Source: a virus
Taxonomy: Duplodnaviria > Caudoviricetes
Virus record (IMG/VR): IMGVR_UViG_3300042807_000639
Coordinates: 1 to 31,927 of that record
Direction: 5' to 3' (one strand)
Length of the DNA stretch: 31,927 nt
Below the pieces are notes generated by a model. That model was given only the letters and a program-made list of their open reading frames with translations. It was not told the DNA's origin and made no database searches. The position numbers and the translations under genes were made by a program. Positions 24,402 through 31,927 of the stretch are shown piece after piece. Within the stretch, counting starts at the first letter, position 1. Each line of letters opens with the position of its first letter.

Positions 24402-26797
24402 CACGCCGCCCCCACGATCTTGTGAAGCAGCCCGTCGGTCTGTTCTTCCAGCTTGAGGATGTCGGTGCGAATCTGCTCCAGCGTACGCAGCGGGGTTGGC
24501 TTGTAGAAGTAACGGGCAAACGAGATCTCATAGCCGATCTTGGTGGCGTCCATCGCGATCCAGGCATCTGGCGCGTGGGGCAGCACCTCGCGGGCAAAGA
24601 AGGCTTCGATGCCACCAGGCTCCTTGAGCGGCACCTGCTCGGTGTCGCGCAGGTCGGTATCGGCCTCGTACTCGACCATGAAGCGATCTTTGCCGACTGT
24701 TTCCAGGTACGCCCCGTCGTAGCCGGGTTCAAAATGCTCGCCTGCCTTGAGCTTGCTGCGCTTGGCGATAACGGGCGGTGCAGACTCGTCGCGCCAGCTC
24801 ACCGCCTTGTAGATGGCCTTCTTCTCCGGCGCGCCCAGCTTCTTGTCGTTCGCTTTCATCACAGCATCAAAGCGCGTGCGGAACTCGTTGTGGTCGTCGA
24901 ACACGCCGTCGCCCAGTTCCTGCTGCGCCAGCTTGGCCGTTTCCAGCAGCATCTTGTCGCGCAGCCAGGTTGCGGGGTCGAGCAGCTTCTTGCGCCGCTT
25001 CTCCGGCACCGCTTTCTTGGTGGGCTTGGCGTCTTCATCGTCCGACTCGTCGTCGGCATCCTCGTCGCCGTCATCACCCTTGAGCCACGCCTCGAGCTCG
25101 GGCTTGAGCTTGGCGAATTCCGTGTACAGCTTGTCGCCGTGCTTGGCGTACATCTCAATGCGGAGCGCCTCGTCGCCGGTGGCAAAGCGCAGGCTTTCGA
25201 TGGCGCTGCGCTTGAGTTGGCTCTTGAGGCGCAGCGGGCGTTCGACCGAGATCTTCCAGTAGCCGAAGTCGGCGTTGTCGAACCACTTGCTTTCGGGTAC
25301 TGCCTTTGCGGCTTCTGCATCGGCGGGCGGCTGGTCAAGGTAGTGCTTGAGGATGCGTTCAATGTCTGCATCCGCCAACTCGCAGTTCTTCTTGCCAAGG
25401 TTGCGCCGCATCGGCAGGAACCACTGCGAAGCGTCGATCAGCTGCACGCGGCCAGCGCGGTGCGCGGCCTTCTTGTTAGCCAGCACCCAGATGTAGGTGG
25501 CGATGCCGGTGTTGTAGAAAATGTTGAGTGGTAGGGCGATGATGGCTTCGAGCCAGTCGTTCTCCAGCACCCAGCGGCGCACATTGCTTTCCCCCTGGCC
25601 CGCGTCGCCAGTGAACAAGGCTGACCCGTTATGCACCAGAGCAATGCGGCTACCCAGCGGCGTGTTGTGCTTCATCTTCTGCAGCTTGTTCACCAGGAAC
25701 ATCAACTGCCCGTCGCTGGAACGGGTGATGAGCTTGAATTCGGAGTCGCCGTCGTGATTGACGATGAAGCGCGAGTCGCTGAACTCCTTCTTGCCGCCCA
25801 TCCGGTCAAGGTCGGTCTTCCAACTCTTACCGTATGGCGGGTTGGAGATCATGAAGTCGAACTCGCGTGAGCGGAACTGATCGGCTGACAGCGTGGACTT
25901 GTCCGCGCCGCCGACGATGTTCTCGGCCTCGTCGCCTTCGCCCTTGAGCAGCAGGTCGGCCTTGCAGATAGCGTAGGTCTCGGGGTTGATCTCCTGCCCG
26001 AACAGGTGGATCGAAACTTCCTTGTCGTGGCTTGCGGCCAGTTCGTGCAGCGCCTCTTCTGCCACGGTCAGCATGCCGCCCGTGCCGCAACTGCCGTCGT
26101 ACAGCAGGTAGGTACCAGACTGGATTTGGTTGGCCACTGGCATGAACAGCAACTTGGCCATCAGCTTGACCACGTCGCGCGGCGTGAAGTGTTCGCCAGC
26201 CTCTTCGTTGTTCTCTTCGTTGAAGCGGCGGATCAACTCCTCAAACACCGTGCCCATACCGTGGTTGTCGAGAGCGGGCAGCTTGATCCGGCCATCCGCA
26301 TCCTTGATTGGCAGCGGGGAGAGATTGACCTCGGGATCGAGGAAGTCATTGATCAGGTGACCGAGGATGTCAGCCTCGACCATCGTTTGGATCTGGTCTC
26401 GAAACTTGAATTTCGCCAAGATGTCCTGAACGTTCGGCGAGAAGCCGTCCAGGTAATCAACGAAGTTGTCGCGTAGGCGCTGTCCTTTCCCACTGGCAGT
26501 GAGCGTGGCGAGGGTGAACTCCGAGGTGTTGTAGAACGCCTGCCCGGCAGCCATCCGCAGCGCGCCGTCCTGCTCGGCTACATTGTGGGTATCGAGAAAC
26601 TTCTTGCGCTCTAGCACCGCCTGCTTGGTCGACTCCAGCACGGCATCGAGCCGCCGCAATACGGTGAAGGGAAGGATCACGTCACGGTACTTGCCGCGCA
26701 CGTAGACGTCGCGCAGACGGTCGTCAGCGATGTTCCAGATGAAGTCGGAGATCCACTTGATCTGGCTTTGGTCTTGAGTTGATTGGCTCGTTTTCAT
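24401..26797 (-). CDS. hsdM: Type I R-M N6-adenine methyltransferase subunit M
   Basis: ILPFTVLRRLD, GEHFTPRDVV, YDGSCGTGGML, NPPY. Confidence 0.97.
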   Translation of the reverse strand: MKTSQSTQDQSQIKWISDFIWNIADDRLRDVYVRGKYRDVILPFTVLRRLDAVLESTKQAVLERKKFLDTHNVAEQDGALRMAAGQAFYNTSEFTLATLTASGKGQRLRDNFVDYLDGFSPNVQDILAKFKFRDQIQTMVEADILGHLINDFLDPEVNLSPLPIKDADGRIKLPALDNHGMGTVFEELIRRFNEENNEEAGEHFTPRDVVKLMAKLLFMPVANQIQSGTYLLYDGSCGTGGMLTVAEEALHELAASHDKEVSIHLFGQEINPETYAICKADLLLKGEGDEAENIVGGADKSTLSADQFRSREFDFMISNPPYGKSWKTDLDRMGGKKEFSDSRFIVNHDGDSEFKLITRSSDGQLMFLVNKLQKMKHNTPLGSRIALVHNGSALFTGDAGQGESNVRRWVLENDWLEAIIALPLNIFYNTGIATYIWVLANKKAAHRAGRVQLIDASQWFLPMRRNLGKKNCELADADIERILKHYLDQPPADAEAAKAVPESKWFDNADFGYWKISVERPLRLKSQLKRSAIESLRFATGDEALRIEMYAKHGDKLYTEFAKLKPELEAWLKGDDGDEDADDESDDEDAKPTKKAVPEKRRKKLLDPATWLRDKMLLETAKLAQQELGDGVFDDHNEFRTRFDAVMKANDKKLGAPEKKAIYKAVSWRDESAPPVIAKRSKLKAGEHFEPGYDGAYLETVGKDRFMVEYEADTDLRDTEQVPLKEPGGIEAFFAREVLPHAPDAWIAMDATKIGYEISFARYFYKPTPLRTLEQIRTDILKLEEQTDGLLHKIVGAA

Positions 26798-29700
26798 TAT
26801 TTTGATCGTCTGATTTCTATGATTTGGAACGTCTTGGGAGCGCCACCAGCAAAATGGAGTGCGACTTCATCCCCGACCACCGCACCGATTAACGCTTGCG
26901 CTAACGGACGAGTTTCGTTGACGACTCCATTAGCAAAGTCATCCTTCCCGCTTGTAATCTGAACCATGAGCACATCGGTTGGTTTTGTAAGGTCGACATA
27001 GCGCACCACATCGCCTACATCGATCTCTAAGTCATCCTCATTGGCGATAAGCACTGAGCTGATTGCCTCCCGCTCCATTTCAGCTTGCACGGAGTTTTCG
27101 GCTGGTACCACTTGTTGGGCAGAATCACTCGACGCTTGCCCCGATACCTGGCCCTCCTCGATCCAGCCTTCGCCAGATGTGTGCTCTGGCCTCCAACCTG
27201 CTCGGAGATCCTCTATGAAGCCAATGAGCTTCTCTGTTTCCTGCCTCGGGGAGCGGAACCAATCCGTGGACCAGATTCGCCAGATGCGGCCTCGCCAGCC
27301 GAGAGACTCAAGAATCTCCTGGCGAATACGATCCCGGTCCCGAACCGACAGTGCGGAGTGGTATGTCGCACCGTCGCACTCGATGGCAGCCAGGTAAGCT
27401 CCCGGTGCGTCAGGGTGTTTAACGGCGATGTCGATTCGATAGCCGGCAACCCCCAATTGAGGCGTAACTTCATAGTCCCGGAGCTTGAGGACCTCCATGA
27501 CGGAAATTTCGAACTCACTGTCAGGCTCTCGTCCGGTTTCCTCAACTGTCGTCAAAGAGCCCGTTCGGGCGTATTCGAGGTAATTTCGAAGGGCCTTGGT
27601 ACCATCTGGCGTCGTTCCGTCCATGACGATATCTTCAGGCCGCAAGGACGTGTAGATGGCGATTGACTTCTTGGCTCGGGTGAAAAGCACATTTAAACGA
27701 CGCCACCCACCTTGACGGCTGATCGGACCGAAGTTCTGGCGAACGGCACTAGATCCCGGAGGCTTGCCGAAGGTCGTCGAAATGACGATGGCATCGCGTT
27801 CGTCACCCTGGACGTTTTCCAGGTTTTTGATGAACAGTGGCTCCCCCTCGCTGGCCCAGTATTCGCGATAGGCGTCCGCCCCCGGAGCGGATCTCAGCCG
27901 CTCCTCAAGTAATTCCGCAATGAGGTCACGTTGCTTAATGTTGAGCGTCGCAACGCCAAGCGAATCATTTGGCCGGGTCGCGATATGATCGACCACGGCA
28001 TCCACGACGCGTCTCGCTTCGCGCAGGTTGGTTTGATTTTCGTAGATGGCATCCGCCAGATAAACGGCACGCACCCCAAGGTTGCCCCCCTGGCCATATG
28101 GCGAGGGGAAGATCACCAATTTTCCACCATAGAAATAGTGGTTTGAGAAGGCGATCAACGAATGGTGCTGGGAACGGTAGTGCCAGCGCAGGGAGCGCGT
28201 CGGCCTGAATTGCGCCGAGCAGACATCCAAAATGCTCTCGGCATCCGAGGTGGCAAAATGCTCTTCCCCGCCATCTCCATCCTGTGCCATCCGCGAGAAG
28301 AATGACGTTGGTGGCAATTGTTTCGGATCGCCCACCACTACAAGTTGACCACCTCGAGCAATCGAGCCGATCGCCTCCTCCGGCTTTAACTGTGATGCCT
28401 CATCCATTACGACAAGGTCAAACTTGAATACGCCCGGGGCCAAGTATTTGGCCACTGCCTGCGGCCCCATCATGAAACAGGGCTTTAGGGCTTGTATCGC
28501 CCCCCCTGCACGGCTGAGGATTTTTCGCACCGGCATGCGCGGACGCTGCTGGGGCAGCAAATAGTTCAGCAGAACCATTTCCGAACGGTCATCAACTCGC
28601 GCCCCGTTCCTGCCCGGCGGCGGCACAGACTTTCGAACGCACTCATAAGCGATCGCTTTGCCACGCAACGCGATTATTTCTTTGTCCAGCCGCTTGAATT
28701 CTTCGCGAATTTGGTTGTGCTTGAGGCCAGTGAAACGGCCGAGCTGGGGTATGTTGCGAAACGCCTCTTGAGTGATTGTGCTGTATATGCAATATGCATA
28801 AGCATCGGCCATCTGCTCTGGCTTGATGCGCCTCTCCTCTAAAAACCCCACAAACTCAGCCAGACTCAGTTCGATGGCTTCTTTGCGCCGAGTCAGGTAA
28901 AACGACCATGGAATCAGACGATCCTTATCCTCGATTGCTATCCGAGCAGCATCGTGCAGAGCCAACCCAAAAATCTCCAGGTCTTCGTCGGGTGCGGATC
29001 CCGTCCACGAATCAAGTTCAAACGAACCGAATTTAGCCAGCGCGTCGCTAAAACTTTCGACGTTTTCCAGGCCGCTGCGAACATCGTCAAGAGCAGCGAT
29101 TACTTCGCGACAAGCCTCGACGGGGTGTCGGGAGCGAAGCTTGTGTTTGACCTGGGGTGCAAGGTTCAGACCGTCAATACTCTGACCAAAGGAGAGCGTC
29201 TCACTGACCACCGAGCAGTCGGTGTCGACGTCTTGATAGAGATCACCTAACAGCTGTTTGATTTGCGAGTTGCCGTGGATCTGCGCCCTAAGCCTGGATC
29301 GATTCAACGCGGCCTCACACCCCGCGATTATCTGGCCGAGCGTCGCGTTGCTTCGAGCCCCCAATTCCAACCAGTCGAAGCACCCTTCAAGGTTCTCCGA
29401 AAACTTCACGGCCCTCTCGATCACATTGTCGATGACATTACCCCCGCCCAAGTCGGGGAGGCGCTTGAGCTTTGCATTGATGCTATCGAGCGCAGACCTC
29501 GCGGCAGAGAGCTCAATCTTGATTCCAGAAAACTCGCGGCGTAGCGATCGGGCTTGGTCGGCGGTGAAAGTGATCGGATCAATTAACACCGCCTCGACGT
29601 CCTCTGATGCGACCTTTATTTGGCGATTCCAGCGGGCAAGCGCAAGGTATCCTTCAAGAGGTATCGGTGCGACAGGTGACGGGAAACCGAGGAATTGAGT

Positions 29701-31927
29701 CCAAGTTGGCGAAGCTTTCCACTCGTCCTTCAGGTTCAACAATTTGGTAATCTGCTCTAGCTCCTCAAGTCGCTTATGCAGCGGTAATTTGAGCTTCGCT
29801 CGCTGGAGCGATTTGTGTAGCCGCAACGCCTTGCGCCAAGGCCCTTGAAACATCCGATACCAAGCATCCCCCTCACGCAGCGTCAGGATCGCCTGCTTGA
29901 TATCTCCCTCATGCGGCAGGGCATCAACGTAAAGCGTGTCGCCCAGACTCTTCTCAAGGCAGGTCCATTCATTCTGCAGCGCATGCAGCCGTTCAATGGC
30001 CTGAACTGCGCCATCGCGAGTCAGTCCGGGGGTCTGTAGGTGAAAGTGTTCCTCGGGTGCTTCAAGGACAAGGTTCGAGAAACTGAGTAACTGTTCGAGT
30101 TTTTGCCTTGACCCGTCGTAAGGGATGCCCCTGCCACCAAGGAGACTGGTCAGTGCGTCATGCGACGAACTCAGCTTTGCCAACGCTTCGCCCAGCTGCT
30201 GATGCAGATTCCGCAGATCGTTGAGTGCGCCCAAATCAGCACCCAAGGCCTCCCCAGATCGTTGCAGATTGCTCAGGTCATCCAAAGCGGGTTGGGTAAC
30301 ACTGGATTCGAGCTTGAGCGCCGTCGAGACGGTCTCCTCGAGACGATGGAATCGGTCAACTTGTTCGGCAAATTCGCCGATGGCCATCGCGGCTCGTGCC
30401 CCTGTCTCATCACCCTCGAAGAATCCTGGAATGAGATGCAACGGCAACTGGTGATTGGCCGTCTCAAGCAACTTGTTGAGAACTGCTAGTTGGTCGTTGC
30501 AGAAAGCCAGCGTGAGATTTTGAACACGGCCGCCAAGCACCCGAGACATGTGTTTGGCCGCCTCCACCAACGCCAATCCCAAGCCCTCGGCCGACTCAAA
30601 TAAGTTCGCGAGTTTGACCTCATCTCCGGGAATCAGGCGCCCCGGGTAAAAACCCCAGAAGGCACAGCCGTCATCGAAACCCCCTACAGCTTGGTACTGC
30701 GAAGCCAAATAGCCGAGGCAATCCATACGACGCCCCAACTCGAATTCCGAGATCTGTGTGGCGTCGCCAACCGTGATCTGACTGAGCATGCTTTCTTCAT
30801 CGCCCAAGCGTTGGCGGTGCTTTTCAGCGCGCCACATGATCTGATGAAGCGTTAAGCCGAACGCGTTGTGAGTGATGGAGTTGATCAGGTCGGTATAGGC
30901 CTTGAGATCCTGTCGATGCGCTTCCAGCTGCTGTTGCAAGCGAGGTAAATCGTTAGGGTTTTGCGGCCTGAAAGCGACCCTTTTGGCGATCTCTTCTAGC
31001 AGTCGTTTCTTGTTCGTCTTATTGCTGTGCAGCTCGAGCACAAACGGATCAAGTCCAGCCAGGGCAAGCCGATTTCGCACAACCTCAAGAGCTGCCAATT
31101 TTTCGGCCACGAAGAGCACCTTCTTGCCCTCGGCAAGACAGGCGGCAATCAGGTTCGTGATGGTTTGCGATTTGCCCGTTCCTGGCGGGCCTTCGATGAC
31201 AAGATTCTTCTTCAGCGACAAGACATCAATCAGGGCGCTGTGCTGGGAGCTGTCGGCGTCGTAGACGAGCGGAATGCTTGCGCCCGGCCCTTCTTCTACC
31301 CGGTGCTCTTCAGCAAAAGAGAAGCCGCTGCTTGTTGCGTCGCCCCCCTCCAAGACCACCCTAATGAGTTCTTTGTCGACCCACCCCTCAACGCCAGGCG
31401 GTGGCTTGATGCCCTTTCCAATATCAACTCCAATTGTGTCCAGAAGCAGAAGGCACAGGGAGACTCGATTTTTTAGAGAGAATCCGGGTTGATTTTCAAT
31501 AACCTCATAAATCTCGTTGAAATAGCCATCCACATCGACCTGATCCTCCGACATCTCGGGCAAAACAAGTCCGAAGTCATTGCGCAACTTTTCACGCAAT
31601 GAGGAGTTTTCCTCAATGTCTTCCTGGGTGTATCTCAGTTGAAATTTTTCCGCCCCCTTAGAATCGATCTTCTCCAGTGATACCGGTATGCAGATCAGGG
31701 GGGCACTGAAGACCTTGTCGCTGTCTCTTTGCTCGGGAAACTCCAGGAATCCCAGCACCAAGAACAGCATATTTGCGCCAGTTTCCTCAATTGCTAGCGC
31801 TGCCTCCCGTTCGATCTTGCGGCAGTGTTTAGCCAAGTCATCCGGGTACATGAGCGCTCGAACATTCGACCCAGCGGAGCTTGGGTATTCGTCTTCCAAG
31901 TCATACGAGGTCCATATCCCCATAGAC
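26797..31927 (-). CDS. Large DUF4011-like / SF1 (Upf1-like) helicase / Vsr-like nuclease protein with a C-terminal GreA/GreB-like domain; probably 5'-truncated by the window edge
   Basis: AIEETGANMLFLVLGFLE (DUF4011-like), GPPGTGKS, DEASQ, GDPKQLPP, HYRS, ENVQGDERD, RLNVLFTRA, RIDIAV..AIECDG..YH..RDR.RQ..L..LGW..RIWSTDW. The frame is open to the window end. Confidence 0.9.
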   Translation of the reverse strand, partial: SMGIWTSYDLEDEYPSSAGSNVRALMYPDDLAKHCRKIEREAALAIEETGANMLFLVLGFLEFPEQRDSDKVFSAPLICIPVSLEKIDSKGAEKFQLRYTQEDIEENSSLREKLRNDFGLVLPEMSEDQVDVDGYFNEIYEVIENQPGFSLKNRVSLCLLLLDTIGVDIGKGIKPPPGVEGWVDKELIRVVLEGGDATSSGFSFAEEHRVEEGPGASIPLVYDADSSQHSALIDVLSLKKNLVIEGPPGTGKSQTITNLIAACLAEGKKVLFVAEKLAALEVVRNRLALAGLDPFVLELHSNKTNKKRLLEEIAKRVAFRPQNPNDLPRLQQQLEAHRQDLKAYTDLINSITHNAFGLTLHQIMWRAEKHRQRLGDEESMLSQITVGDATQISEFELGRRMDCLGYLASQYQAVGGFDDGCAFWGFYPGRLIPGDEVKLANLFESAEGLGLALVEAAKHMSRVLGGRVQNLTLAFCNDQLAVLNKLLETANHQLPLHLIPGFFEGDETGARAAMAIGEFAEQVDRFHRLEETVSTALKLESSVTQPALDDLSNLQRSGEALGADLGALNDLRNLHQQLGEALAKLSSSHDALTSLLGGRGIPYDGSRQKLEQLLSFSNLVLEAPEEHFHLQTPGLTRDGAVQAIERLHALQNEWTCLEKSLGDTLYVDALPHEGDIKQAILTLREGDAWYRMFQGPWRKALRLHKSLQRAKLKLPLHKRLEELEQITKLLNLKDEWKASPTWTQFLGFPSPVAPIPLEGYLALARWNRQIKVASEDVEAVLIDPITFTADQARSLRREFSGIKIELSAARSALDSINAKLKRLPDLGGGNVIDNVIERAVKFSENLEGCFDWLELGARSNATLGQIIAGCEAALNRSRLRAQIHGNSQIKQLLGDLYQDVDTDCSVVSETLSFGQSIDGLNLAPQVKHKLRSRHPVEACREVIAALDDVRSGLENVESFSDALAKFGSFELDSWTGSAPDEDLEIFGLALHDAARIAIEDKDRLIPWSFYLTRRKEAIELSLAEFVGFLEERRIKPEQMADAYAYCIYSTITQEAFRNIPQLGRFTGLKHNQIREEFKRLDKEIIALRGKAIAYECVRKSVPPPGRNGARVDDRSEMVLLNYLLPQQRPRMPVRKILSRAGGAIQALKPCFMMGPQAVAKYLAPGVFKFDLVVMDEASQLKPEEAIGSIARGGQLVVVGDPKQLPPTSFFSRMAQDGDGGEEHFATSDAESILDVCSAQFRPTRSLRWHYRSQHHSLIAFSNHYFYGGKLVIFPSPYGQGGNLGVRAVYLADAIYENQTNLREARRVVDAVVDHIATRPNDSLGVATLNIKQRDLIAELLEERLRSAPGADAYREYWASEGEPLFIKNLENVQGDERDAIVISTTFGKPPGSSAVRQNFGPISRQGGWRRLNVLFTRAKKSIAIYTSLRPEDIVMDGTTPDGTKALRNYLEYARTGSLTTVEETGREPDSEFEISVMEVLKLRDYEVTPQLGVAGYRIDIAVKHPDAPGAYLAAIECDGATYHSALSVRDRDRIRQEILESLGWRGRIWRIWSTDWFRSPRQETEKLIGFIEDLRAGWRPEHTSGEGWIEEGQVSGQASSDSAQQVVPAENSVQAEMEREAISSVLIANEDDLEIDVGDVVRYVDLTKPTDVLMVQITSGKDDFANGVVNETRPLAQALIGAVVGDEVALHFAGGAPKTFQIIEIRRSK

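Noticed and set aside
1-31927. CRISPR array, tRNA/rRNA, IS element, integrase or att site
   Set aside because: No regularly spaced direct repeats, RNA-gene signatures or recombinase/transposase motifs were seen; intergenic space is minimal.

Overview
GC-rich bacterial window (probably betaproteobacterial; this is inference) with two convergent blocks. (1) 7-19038, + strand: late region of a lambda/HK97-like siphovirus prophage. It runs head-tail connector genes, tail tube, gpG/GT chaperone with an A AAA AAG -1 frameshift, tape measure, gpM-L-K-I-J, then a six-gene block bracketed by two intrinsic-terminator-like hairpins (11729-17364), then lysis genes. That block is the most unusual part. 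Three fibre/structural genes, the last ending in ...NGNCG...NCNCDCGNS*, are followed by an unknown protein, an Fe(II)/2-oxoglutarate Asp/Asn beta-hydroxylase-like enzyme and a radical SAM/SPASM enzyme. This looks like a phage-encoded, RiPP-like cassette for post-translational modification of a tail-fibre tip (hypothesis). (2) 19045-31927, - strand: a tightly packed defence operon. It has a large DUF4011/SF1 helicase/Vsr-like nuclease (5' end probably outside the window), type I R-M genes hsdM-hsdS-hsdR, and a COG2958/HrgA-like PD-(D/E)XK protein. hsdS is a GC mosaic, suggesting a recent TRD swap. No RNA genes, CRISPR array, integrase, att site or reverse transcriptase were seen. All family assignments come from motif recognition by eye, not database searches.
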